Positions 32,945 through 41,257 of a DNA stretch of 64,000 nt are shown here, in pieces. Both the position numbers and the translations under genes were made by a program. The stretch's first letter is position 1. The number at the start of each line of letters is the position of its first letter. The notes under the pieces were generated by a model, which saw only the letters and a list, made by a program, of their open reading frames with translations, ran no database searches and was not told where the DNA came from. Where the stretch lies: NCBI RefSeq assembly GCF_055900595.2, contig NZ_CM148325.1, one strand, 5' to 3'.

Positions 32945-35416
32945 TTAAGAATCAGCCTGACTCGGGATCAGTTTTTGCCAGATAACTGAAACGTATTTTG
33001 CCTGGTAACGGGCGTCATCAAGTGCATTATGCCGCTCACCTTCGAATGGAATAGCCGTTCTGGCATCGAAGTCTATGGCTTTCCCCAGCTCAACGATTGT
33101 GCGTACATCGCGATCGTTGTAGTAACGCCACGGGCAGGGGATCCCCTGCCGTTCGTATGAACGGCGCAAAATCGTGTTGTCGAAGTTGGCTCCATTTCCC
33201 CAGACCTGAACAAAAAATTCACCGGAGTTTTCGTCGATAAATTCCCGCAATTGTAACAGTGCATCATCTAACGGGATTTCATCGGTCATAATGGCAGACT
33301 GCGCTTCACGTGATTGCTTCAGCCACCATTTAATGACGTCACGATCAATGACTCCGCCAGCAGTATTCAGATCTATGGTCTTGCTAAATTCCGGTCCCAT
33401 ATCTCCGGTTTGTGGATCGAAAAATATTGCGCCTATTGAGATAATCGGGGCATCAGGATTTTTTCCCATGGTTTCAAGGTCGATCATTAGATGGTCACAC
33501 GTCCTGCTGGTGGATGTGATAACGTGATGACCGTTCACCGTAATTAAGGGATCTGCCGTCTCGCCAGTTTCACTATCGCTGGCGTGATCCTGAGCGCTGC
33601 CAGCATTCTCCTTGTGTGGATGTTCAGCGCCTTCCATTTTCTCCGAATCGTCTTCCTGAACTTCAACCTGGTTCTTGTCATCGAATGTTTCCTGGTATGT
33701 TGCGTCGCCCATCACCGCACCACATTCAGGGCAGTTGCCGCCGCCGGTCTGACCGTAGGCGGTGCAGATTTTTTCCGCTTCCTGTTGCGCTACTGGCTCA
33801 GGTTGTTTCGTTTCTGGCTCGTTTTGTAACGCATTTGGGCTGTTTTGTTCCGCTTTCTGGTCGTTCTGTTCCGTTTCTTGCTGGTTCTGGTTCACTGAAT
33901 CGCGGGTTTCAATCCCCTTCACCCATTTCGGATCATTCGGATCGCTAATCCCTGCAACAAATTCACCACGTGATACAGCAAGCAACTGATTGGCGTCAGG
34001 CTGGCTGATATTGGCTGCCTGCATAATTTTGTTTACTTCGTCAGCGGTAATTTTTACCGGCTCTGGTTGTGCGGTCGTGTCAGATGCACCAGTATTTTGT
34101 TGTGAACCTGAGTATGTACCGTTTTTGCGGGCGAAATATTCTTCTTTCGTGATTTCAGTAGCCCCGGCAGCCAGCGCCTTATCCAGACCAGAAAGTTTGT
34201 TTGCGCGACCGTATTTTTCGCCATCCTTGTCGGTAAAGAGGAAGTAGAACGGCCCCTCACGCTCTACAGATGGTTCGACTTCCACTTTGCATTCAGTTTT
34301 TTCGTTGCCCGGAATTGCCGTTTCCACTGCATCAGTTTCTGGTACTGGCGACGAGAGAGTATCAGTTGCGCTCTGATTTGTTCCTTCATCTTCAAACACG
34401 CCCTTTGTAGTCAGGTATTTAGTAATGTATTTGTTCAGTGCCACAGGGTCTTTGTGAATGTCGATCGGACGTTCACGGACAAGGCCAAAAATAGTCTGGC
34501 GGTCGTAGCGAAGGGCATCAGGCTGTTTGCGCATTGATGCCGAGATACGCTTCCAGTCTTCGCGGTCGTTGTCGATAACTTCATTTTTTGCCCAGCGATG
34601 GATGCTGCCGTCAATGTTTCCGGCATCCACATCACCAGGCCAGAGAGCGTAGGCCAGTTCGTCATCCAGTGTTTTCCATGTCTGCTTGTATTCGCGATGA
34701 GTGGCAGCAATGACCGGGTTGATTTTTCCTGTTGAATTTTCAGTGTGCTGTTGATTGGCTCTGGCGCGGGCGAGATCAACAACAGACGTGTATTTTCCGG
34801 TTTCCTTGCGTTCATTTTCGCGACGTTTTTTCCAGATGCGCATCTCTGCCTGAATTTCGGGCCATTTAGCTCCAGGATTACATTTATGTTTAACCCACCC
34901 GATGGCATGCAGCTTAAGCTCCGGATACATGGCGTTAACTTCTGGCATTTTCATCAACGCTTCAACGATATGTCCGTCGAATGTTGCCATGTCTTCCTGC
35001 AACAATTCCTGCGCGCTAATCACCATATCAACGGTGATGTTTTCACATGTGTCGAACTTAACCATGACAGCGTTCTGTACTTCAGGGGCCAGCTTGTCAA
35101 AAGTGACGTTCATCGGATCTGATTCAGTCTCAACCGGGACAAAGGAAGCAGACTCCTCATCCCAGCGGTTTTCCTGCATATATTCAGCATCCCAGGAATC
35201 GAGGGCAGGGCGGGGTATACCGGGTTTATCCTCGCAAACAAGAAATTTATAAGCGCAGTCCTGAGCAACCGGATAATGTTCCAGGAATTGCCAGTGAAAT
35301 TTTGCGCGGGCGCGACGTTCATCACCGGCTTCAATGGCAGTGGCTACAGCGATTGCACCTTCTTCCTTTATTGCCTGTTCGTCCGGAATGGCGGCGCAAA
35401 TAAAGACTTTACTCAT
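32945..35416 (-). CDS. Large RecE-like prophage exonuclease-family protein with C-terminal DnaQ-like (DEDDh) 3'-5' exonuclease domain
   Basis: 823-aa ORF; central segment ...LLAVSRGEFVAGISDPNDPKWVKGIETRDSV... resembles the RecE/YdfE family as I recall it; C-terminus has Exo I (MIDLETMG), Exo II and Exo III (ERHNALDDARYQ) DEDDh motifs. Confidence 0.7.
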   Translation of the reverse strand: MSKVFICAAIPDEQAIKEEGAIAVATAIEAGDERRARAKFHWQFLEHYPVAQDCAYKFLVCEDKPGIPRPALDSWDAEYMQENRWDEESASFVPVETESDPMNVTFDKLAPEVQNAVMVKFDTCENITVDMVISAQELLQEDMATFDGHIVEALMKMPEVNAMYPELKLHAIGWVKHKCNPGAKWPEIQAEMRIWKKRRENERKETGKYTSVVDLARARANQQHTENSTGKINPVIAATHREYKQTWKTLDDELAYALWPGDVDAGNIDGSIHRWAKNEVIDNDREDWKRISASMRKQPDALRYDRQTIFGLVRERPIDIHKDPVALNKYITKYLTTKGVFEDEGTNQSATDTLSSPVPETDAVETAIPGNEKTECKVEVEPSVEREGPFYFLFTDKDGEKYGRANKLSGLDKALAAGATEITKEEYFARKNGTYSGSQQNTGASDTTAQPEPVKITADEVNKIMQAANISQPDANQLLAVSRGEFVAGISDPNDPKWVKGIETRDSVNQNQQETEQNDQKAEQNSPNALQNEPETKQPEPVAQQEAEKICTAYGQTGGGNCPECGAVMGDATYQETFDDKNQVEVQEDDSEKMEGAEHPHKENAGSAQDHASDSETGETADPLITVNGHHVITSTSRTCDHLMIDLETMGKNPDAPIISIGAIFFDPQTGDMGPEFSKTIDLNTAGGVIDRDVIKWWLKQSREAQSAIMTDEIPLDDALLQLREFIDENSGEFFVQVWGNGANFDNTILRRSYERQGIPCPWRYYNDRDVRTIVELGKAIDFDARTAIPFEGERHNALDDARYQAKYVSVIWQKLIPSQADS

Positions 35417-35509
35417 TTTGTTTTAACCTCATGACAGATTTAAGGGTGAACAAATCCCTGCCATTGCTGGCATATAAGAATGAAATCGGATGTTTATTAC
35501 GGAACTGTT

Positions 35510-35701
35510 TTAAAGACCTGCCGGGATTTCGTTATTATCCTGGTGAATAACTTTATCGACAGGGTAACAGTTACCGGGAATTTTCTGTTCGGTTGCTGCA
35601 GTCACACACTCCTGCATTGTCCTGTGAACACTGACTGCAATATCAACTGGTTCTCCGGAAACAAGAAAAACTGTCAGAACAAGTGCAAATGCTGTATTCA
35701 T
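35510..35701 (-). CDS. ydfD: Small lysis-associated membrane protein YdfD
   Basis: 63-aa ORF MNTAFALVLTVFLVSGEPVDIAVSVHRTMQECVTAATEQKIPGNCYPVDKVIHQDNNEIPAGL; overlaps dicB stop by 4 nt. Confidence 0.8.
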   Translation of the reverse strand: MNTAFALVLTVFLVSGEPVDIAVSVHRTMQECVTAATEQKIPGNCYPVDKVIHQDNNEIPAGL

Positions 35702-35886
35702 TGCCAGCATCCTTTTTGTATCGGACGTAAACGGGCCAGCATTGAAAGAATGCATACTTTATTTAATAGCTCCCGTTCTTGTTTTCTCTTGTTAATGGCA
35801 TCTTCAGTAAATACTGGGTTACTGATAGTGACACCAATTTCAAAACAACCTTCAGACGTATTAACGTTTGGTAATAACGTTTTCAT
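35698..35886 (-). CDS. dicB: Cell division inhibitor DicB (MinC activator; functional analogue of lambda Kil)
   Basis: 62-aa ORF MKTLLPNVNTSEGCFEIGVTISNPVFTEDAINKRKQERELLNKVCILSMLARLRPIQKGCWQ. Confidence 0.85.
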   Translation of the reverse strand: MKTLLPNVNTSEGCFEIGVTISNPVFTEDAINKRKQERELLNKVCILSMLARLRPIQKGCWQ

Positions 35887-36060
35887 TATCGCGTCCTCAA
35901 CAATGAATTTTGTGATGCAGTGCCTGGTGCCTCCAGGTGACGTTAACCAGTTAACAATTAACGTCGGATACAGAGAATCCACCCATAACACTGTTTTTGG
36001 TTTTAACTGTTCCGCGTGCGCTCAGCCGCATTCACCGCATCACAAAATTCACTTTAAAAA

Positions 36061-36113
36061 CGGCGGCAGAGCAGTCACGGAGTAAAACTGATACCGCTAA
36101 ACGTCACCAGAAA
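36061..36113 (-). ncRNA. dicF: DicF small regulatory RNA (ftsZ-targeting sRNA)
   Basis: Reverse complement TTTCTGGTGACGTTTAGCGGTATCAGTTTTACTCCGTGACTGCTCTGCCGCCG followed by T-run; near-identical to the 53-nt DicF sequence as I recall it; located just upstream of dicB. Confidence 0.75.
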
Positions 36114-36372
36114 ATTGATAACAGAGGGCGTTGCAGCGGGGTTGTCACTTAAGCGTATGGTCAACCTGACAACCCGGTGTCCTCAACGGGGAAGGAATAA
36201 CCCCGCCATACTTACCGCCGCGCCATTTCGCGGGTTGCCACAACCGGAAGCGCACGGTCGAATTAAATTTAACGACACCGTACAGTGAGACGAACTTCGC
36301 CGTGCGCTTTCGTGTTGTGTGCCTGCTTTTAACCACGTCAGGCGAGGTGGTATCCTTAAAATCACCACAGTT

Positions 36373-36948
36373 TTAAGGATTCATTAAGCAATGTCGCAAC
36401 CACCAATAAATCCGCTTAAGAACATGAAAATTGATTACTGGTATAAAGCGCTTACAGTTGTTGGCGCTGCGTTGTTTGTCTTTAATGGAACGTCTTTTTT
36501 TGACAGATATTCCGTTGTTCCATTGGGTTTTTTGTCCTCCGGCATCTTTTTTATTGGTTTGGGGGAGTGGATTAATCACCCTCTCAAAGTGAGATTTATT
36601 GGTCCTGGAGTTTGGACTCGTGGATATAATCGTTCTTCGTGCGCACTCGGTATCATCTTCGACATACTTGGTTGTTTCCTGATTGTTACAGGAGTCGTCA
36701 AGTTCTTCTGATGTAAAACCGCAAATGGGGCACGTAACGGGAATTTTGAAAAGCGTTTCTCCGGGTTCCAGAACAAAATTTTCTGCGGTCTGATTTTGCT
36801 TCTCATATTTGTGCTCCGCGTCATTGTGAGAGCACATTCTTATTCTGAGGGCCTGTTTAAACTCACTGAAGCTGAGAGCTTCTTCGCCTTCGGCAAGGCC
36901 TTCGAAGTATTCTTCGTAAGCCTTTTCCATGATTGTGTCGAAATCCAT
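36373..36948 (-). CDS. Hypothetical protein, ydfB-like N-terminus continuing as a long ORF
   Basis: ORF MDFDTIMEKAYEEYFEGLAEGEEALSFSEFKQAL... starts 1 nt after the ydfA stop; contains CPICGF motif; distal part looks low-quality and an antisense membrane-like ORF overlaps it, so extent is uncertain. Confidence 0.35.
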   Translation of the reverse strand: MDFDTIMEKAYEEYFEGLAEGEEALSFSEFKQALRIRMCSHNDAEHKYEKQNQTAENFVLEPGETLFKIPVTCPICGFTSEELDDSCNNQETTKYVEDDTECARRTIISTSPNSRTNKSHFERVINPLPQTNKKDAGGQKTQWNNGISVKKRRSIKDKQRSANNCKRFIPVINFHVLKRIYWWLRHCLMNP

Positions 36949-36949
36949 A

Positions 36950-37105
36950 TCACTCACCTGAGTTTCTTTCCAGCCAGCGACGGGCACCATTTTCGGTTTT
37001 AAACGTTTTGCTTTTGGTATACGTCATCGCGGTGAACGTGCCGTCCTGGTTGGGAAACACGCCGTACACCAGAGATTCGCTGTTGCCAAGATCGATAGTA
37101 TCCAT
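36950..37105 (-). CDS. ydfA: Small prophage protein YdfA
   Basis: 51-aa ORF MDTIDLGNSESLVYGVFPNQDGTFTAMTYTKSKTFKTENGARRWLERNSGE. Confidence 0.75.
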   Translation of the reverse strand: MDTIDLGNSESLVYGVFPNQDGTFTAMTYTKSKTFKTENGARRWLERNSGE

Positions 37106-37397
37106 GCTGACCTCATTTCCCCTTAACGCCGGGGTAGCGGAACAAAAACCTGCTGCATAGTTATTAAAGTTGAACCCTGCCGTCATGTTCTTACGCCTCG
37201 GGCTGGCTACTTAACCCCTGACCACTGCCTGGTAACTCGACGTATTGCCCTGCATTCTGTGGGGCGGGGTGAGGGAATGAATGAAGTTTAGAAAAATGAA
37301 CATTTAAGGTCAATGTTTTTTTATCAAAACATTTTAAGCAGGCAGCTGTTACGCCATCACTACGATGGCATACAGTTAATCAAATAGATGAGGTTGG

Positions 37398-38036
37398 TTA
37401 AATATCTTTTTGAATTTTAAAGCATACTCCCAATATGCAAGATAGATCATCCAGCATAATTGAAGGGTAGCGAGGATTCGTGGGGACTAAAAGAATATCC
37501 GGCCCTTCTATCTCCAGTTTGCGAATGACAGGCGTTGTGGTCCCTTTGGGTAAGGCAAGGACAATATTTCCTGGTTGTACGATTCGATCGGGATCAACAA
37601 AAACTGTTGAACCATTTGGGATGGAAACTCCACCACCAGATGTCGACATACTGTCACTCTCTAGAACAACAGCAAAGGTATTGGCCGGGATTTCTCCGAC
37701 AAGCTGCACACAAGAGGTTATTGAGGAATTTTTCATATAATCACTCCAGCTTGCTGCCTGCTGAAGTGATAGTAGCGGAACCGTTTTTATCGGCGGTAAA
37801 GATAGATCAAGCGAATCACCTGTATTTAACTCTCCTCCATTAAGAAGCCAATTTTCGTTTACTTTCAATATCTTTGCCAGTGAGCTTATGTAACGCGAGG
37901 ACGGCGCTCCTCCACCGTTCATCCATTGACTTACGGAGCCTTTTGATGCGCCAGTGGCATTGACAAGGTCTTTGCCTTTCAAGTTTAGCGCATGCATACG
38001 TTGGGTTATGCGTTCAGATATTGTTTGCTTGTTCAT
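37398..38036 (-). CDS. CI-like prophage repressor (XRE HTH + LexA/S24 autopeptidase domain)
   Basis: 212-aa ORF; N-terminal HTH (...LKGKDLVNATGASKGSVSQWMNGG...) and C-terminal S24 fold with ESDSMSTSGGG serine motif; divergent from the Cro-like gene. Confidence 0.85.
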   Translation of the reverse strand: MNKQTISERITQRMHALNLKGKDLVNATGASKGSVSQWMNGGGAPSSRYISSLAKILKVNENWLLNGGELNTGDSLDLSLPPIKTVPLLSLQQAASWSDYMKNSSITSCVQLVGEIPANTFAVVLESDSMSTSGGGVSIPNGSTVFVDPDRIVQPGNIVLALPKGTTTPVIRKLEIEGPDILLVPTNPRYPSIMLDDLSCILGVCFKIQKDI

Positions 38037-38127
38037 GTTTTGATTTTAAAACACAGATGGTTTTGTTTCTTGACTTTCTTTGGTTTTGATTATTAAACTT
38101 TTGGCGTTCAGTTTTATGGAGCGAATC
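38037..38127. promoter_or_regulatory. Divergent repressor/cro promoter-operator region with three phased GTTTTG(A/T)TT repeats
   Basis: GTTTTGATTTT (38037), GTTTTGTTTC (38060), GTTTTGATT (38083) at 23-bp spacing between divergent start codons; TTGACT -35-like hexamer at 38070. Confidence 0.45.
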
Positions 38128-38370
38128 ATGAAAAAATCAGAAGTATTAGGCTATTTTGGCGGAGTTGTTAAAACAGCCGCCGCTCTAGGAACGTCAAAAA
38201 CCACAGTCAGCATGTGGGGGGAAGACGTTCCGTGGAAATGGGCGTTGCTAATTCAGGCAGTCACTGCCGGGGCGCTCAAATATGAGTTACACATACCGAC
38301 GGTTGTCATTCCCGGTTCTGATCATAATCCGCCTTCTAACCAAGGGGGGATTCATGAAAATCAAGCATGA
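38128..38370 (+). CDS. Cro/YdaS-like small HTH regulator
   Basis: ORF MKKSEVLGYFGGVVKTAAALGTSKTTVSMWGEDVPWKWALLIQ...; RBS GGAG 5 nt upstream of ATG 38128; divergent from the repressor. Confidence 0.7.
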   Translation: MKKSEVLGYFGGVVKTAAALGTSKTTVSMWGEDVPWKWALLIQAVTAGALKYELHIPTVVIPGSDHNPPSNQGGIHENQA

Positions 38371-38779
38371 ACACATCCGCATGGCGATGAATGCCTGGGC
38401 ACGTCCTGATGGCGAAAAAGTTCCGGCAGCTGGAATAACCCAGGCTTATTTTGAGTTGGGTATGACGTTTCCTAAACTGTACGACGACAGCCATCCGGAA
38501 GCCCTGGCTCGCAATACCCAGAAAATTTTCCGCTGGATAGAGAAAGACACCCCTGATGCAGTTGAAAAAATTCAGGCGTTGTTACCAGCGATCGAAAAGG
38601 CAATGCCACCTTTGCTGGTGGCCAGAATGCGCAGCCACAGTTCAGCTTATTTTCGGGAGCTGGTGGAGACGCGGGAGCGACTGGTGAGAGACGCTGATGA
38701 TTTTGTCGCAGTGGCAATCGCCGGTTTCAATCAGATGAACCGTGGTGGCCCGGCTGGAAATGCTGTGGCAGTACATTGA
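38354..38779 (+). CDS. YdaT-like early regulatory protein (CII-position gene)
   Basis: 141-aa ORF MKIKHEHIRMAMNAWARPDGEKVPAAG...; N-terminus matches Rac YdaT (MKIKHEHI...) as I recall it; RBS AAGGGGGG. Confidence 0.6.
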   Translation: MKIKHEHIRMAMNAWARPDGEKVPAAGITQAYFELGMTFPKLYDDSHPEALARNTQKIFRWIEKDTPDAVEKIQALLPAIEKAMPPLLVARMRSHSSAYFRELVETRERLVRDADDFVAVAIAGFNQMNRGGPAGNAVAVH

Positions 38780-38850
38780 CTGACAATAGCCATATCGAAT
38801 CGCTTCCGGCAACTCGTGAGTAAAAAGATTCGGTATCAGAAGAGGTGAGT

Positions 38851-39921
38851 ATGGCTAACGCCTGGCTCAGATTATGGCATGACATGCCAAATGACCCTAA
38901 GTGGCGAACAATTGCCAGGGTGTCAGGGCAGCCAATTGCAACAGTGATGGCAGTGTATATCCACCTCCTGGTGAGCGCGTCACGAAATGTCACGCGAGGT
39001 CACATTGATGTCACGACAGAAGATTTGGCAAGTGCGCTCGACGTGACAGAAGAGGTAATTGATTCAATTTTGCAGACGATGCAGGGGCGGGTACTTGATG
39101 GTGATTTAATCACTGGATGGGAAAAACGCCAGGTGCTGAAAGAGGACAACGGTAATATTTCGCAAACCGCAAAATCTCCGGCAGAGCGCAAGAGGGCGCA
39201 GCGAGAGAGGGAAAGAAAGCGGGAACAAAATGGCGATTGTCACGGCGAGTCACGAAATGTCACGCACATGTCACGACGAGTCACGACAGATAAAGATACA
39301 GATAAAGATACAGATCAAGAAGATCAAAACACTATGGTCCATGGCGTAAAAAACGCCGCGAACCAGGCAGGGGATGTTCAGACCGTCAATCTTGGTCAGC
39401 CAGCAGGCACGACACCGGAAGCCGATTCAGCGTATGCGCTGAAAGCCGATTCGGGCGCTGTGCAGCAGGTGATGACCGCAAGGCAGGAGCAATCACACCA
39501 ACTTCAGCAGCCTGAAGCCGATTCCGCCATTCAGCGGGAAGCCGATCGGGTAGTCCCGGAAAACACCGGGCAGCCTGTGGGACGAGTGGATTATCCTGAT
39601 GTGTTCGAACAGGTCTGGCGGGAATACCCGTTGCGTGCCGGGGCAAACCCGAAGAAATCCGCTTTCAGTGCCTGGAAGGCCAGATTACGCGAGGGGGTGC
39701 CACCAGAGGCCATGCTGGATGGCGTGAGGCGTTACGCAAGATACCTGGCGGCTACCGGGAAAACGGGAACGGAATTTGTTCAGCGAGCGACGACGTTTTT
39801 TGGACCGGACCGGAATTTTGAAAACCCCTGGTTGCTCCCGGTAAGCGGTACGAACAACCAGCGTTGTGTGAATCATATTTCTGAACCGGATACCGAAATT
39901 CCACCGGGCTTCAGGGGGTAA
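38851..39921 (+). CDS. Phage replication initiation protein (DUF1376/YdaU-like, lambda O-position) containing internal iterons
   Basis: ORF MANAWLRLWHDMPNDPKWRTIARVSGQPIATVMAVYIHLLV...; position after the cro/cII-like genes; internal phased GTCACG repeats. Confidence 0.6.
   Translation: MANAWLRLWHDMPNDPKWRTIARVSGQPIATVMAVYIHLLVSASRNVTRGHIDVTTEDLASALDVTEEVIDSILQTMQGRVLDGDLITGWEKRQVLKEDNGNISQTAKSPAERKRAQRERERKREQNGDCHGESRNVTHMSRRVTTDKDTDKDTDQEDQNTMVHGVKNAANQAGDVQTVNLGQPAGTTPEADSAYALKADSGAVQQVMTARQEQSHQLQQPEADSAIQREADRVVPENTGQPVGRVDYPDVFEQVWREYPLRAGANPKKSAFSAWKARLREGVPPEAMLDGVRRYARYLAATGKTGTEFVQRATTFFGPDRNFENPWLLPVSGTNNQRCVNHISEPDTEIPPGFRG
38979..39015. repeat. Iteron cluster A (4 x GTCAC(G/A) at 10-11 bp phasing) inside the replication gene
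   Basis: GTCACG at 38979, 38989, 39010 and GTCACA at 38999; shares 17-mer GTCACGAAATGTCACGC with cluster B. Confidence 0.55.
39239..39330. repeat. Iteron cluster B (5 x GTCACG at 10-11 bp phasing) plus adjacent A-rich tract; candidate phage ori
   Basis: GTCACG at 39239, 39249, 39259, 39270, 39280 followed by GATAAAGATACAGATAAAGATACAGATCAAGAAGATCAAAAC. Confidence 0.55.
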
Positions 39922-39961
39922 GTGTGTATTTCAGGTCATGAGGTAATTTTCAGGAGGACTT

Positions 39962-40387
39962 GTGGCAAAAGTTTTTACACAAGAAGAGCGAGAAAAAATT
40001 AAGGGGCAGGTTGTTGAACTTGTACGTCTGAGTGGTCGCGAGACGTTACGGGCTCTGGAGGCTAAAACCGGTGCATCAAGGTATTACATAAGCACTCTCG
40101 CCAGAGAGCTGGTTGCCAGCGGCGATGTATACAACTCTGGTTACGGATTATTCCCGTCTGAACAGGCTCGTAAGGACTGGCAAAATGCCCGCAAAAAACT
40201 CTCAAGGGCAAAGCTGAAGAAAAAAACATCTGTGGTTGATCCGGACCTTATCTGGTCATTACCTGACGGAGAAATACGTCGCTACGACAGTCGTCTAAAC
40301 ATAATCTGTCGCGAGTGCCGGAAGAGCGAAGTTATGCAGCGCATACTGGCATTTTATCAGGGAAATGTTTGGTATTTATTGAAATGA
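39962..40387 (+). CDS. Hypothetical prophage early protein
   Basis: 141-aa ORF (GTG start) (M)AKVFTQEEREKIKGQVVELVRLSGRETLRALEAKTGASRYYISTLARELV... ; basic, possible HTH. Confidence 0.45.
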   Translation: MAKVFTQEEREKIKGQVVELVRLSGRETLRALEAKTGASRYYISTLARELVASGDVYNSGYGLFPSEQARKDWQNARKKLSRAKLKKKTSVVDPDLIWSLPDGEIRRYDSRLNIICRECRKSEVMQRILAFYQGNVWYLLK

Positions 40388-40627
40388 CGAGATTAAAGAG
40401 CATTAGTTCAGATATTAATTGACACTTCGGTTGCATAAGACTAGAACTAGTGTGATTGGCATCTTTGTACCAAAAACGGACATTACAGTGTATGGTTAAT
40501 TCTGCCTGTCAAATAACTTACATTCATCAAATGATCGAAATTATGACTTAGCTCAACAATTAGGTTTAGCATGGGTCATATGACTAGAGTGTAGCAACTT
40601 TCTGCTATAATTTAATAAGGATAAAAA

Positions 40628-40855
40628 ATGCCAGCTTATGCTAATAAAGGCGGTAATTCGGGTATAGTGTTTTATGAGATTACTCCAGATGCTATCACAG
40701 TACAGTTTAAAGATGGATGGAAATACGTTTACGATTCTACAAAACCAGGGGCTTCAACGGTCTCTAGGATGAAAGAGTTAGCCCAGGCTGGGCATGGGCT
40801 AAATAGTTTTATTAGTAGTGTGGTTAAGAAAAATTTCTCACGTAAATACCTTTAA
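40628..40855 (+). CDS. KTSC-domain small protein
   Basis: 75-aa ORF MPAYANKGGNSGIVFYEITPDAITVQFKDGWKYVYDSTKPGASTVSRMKELAQAGHGLNSFISSVVKKNFSRKYL fits the KTSC pattern; RBS TAAGGA; followed by hairpin GAGGGTG...CACCCTC. Confidence 0.6.
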   Translation: MPAYANKGGNSGIVFYEITPDAITVQFKDGWKYVYDSTKPGASTVSRMKELAQAGHGLNSFISSVVKKNFSRKYL

Positions 40856-41008
40856 TTTTAATTGAGGGTGGGAAGGACTATCACCCTCATAATTCTTCAC
40901 CATTCAATCAAGAGCAATTCAAGGTGATTTGCTCTGTACATAGTCGGTTAGTTAGCACTTCGTAATTTATTGAATAGAAGGCTTTTGGAACAGTATCTTC
41001 ACTCGTGC

Positions 41009-41257
41009 TTATCGCCCAGCAGATTTAGCAAGAATAGTCTCGAGCATTTCTGGTACGTTGCCTTTAGCATTGATAGTTGCTGTTCGGTAAGCTAGTTGAT
41101 TTTTTGAGAGATTGATTCCTGTAAGTGCTTCAATTTCGTTGCAGGCCTTACCCCATTCTACCCAGTTTTCAGACAAAAAAGATTCAAGATGATCCGCAAA
41201 TATAGCAATATCATTAGTAACTGTTGCAGCTGGAATATAGACTATGCGAAAAGCCAT
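41009..41257 (-). CDS. Hypothetical protein (convergent with KTSC gene)
   Basis: 82-aa ORF MAFRIVYIPAATVTNDIAIFADHLESFLSENWVEWGKACNEIEALTGINL...; no recognisable motif. Confidence 0.4.
   Translation of the reverse strand: MAFRIVYIPAATVTNDIAIFADHLESFLSENWVEWGKACNEIEALTGINLSKNQLAYRTATINAKGNVPEMLETILAKSAGR

Noticed and set aside
33584-34247. Several 75-110-aa plus-strand ORFs
   Set aside because: All lie inside the 823-aa exonuclease gene on the opposite strand; Ser/Cys/Phe-rich low-complexity translations.
37106-37397. Possible N-like antiterminator gene between repressor and ydfA
   Set aside because: No ORF of adequate length with a start signal in this 290-bp interval; more likely a promoter/operator/leader region.
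38975-39290. Possible CRISPR-like array (short GTCACG repeats)
   Set aside because: Repeat units are ~6 bp at 10-11-bp phasing inside a coding sequence, with no 28-37-bp repeat/spacer structure; interpreted as replication iterons.
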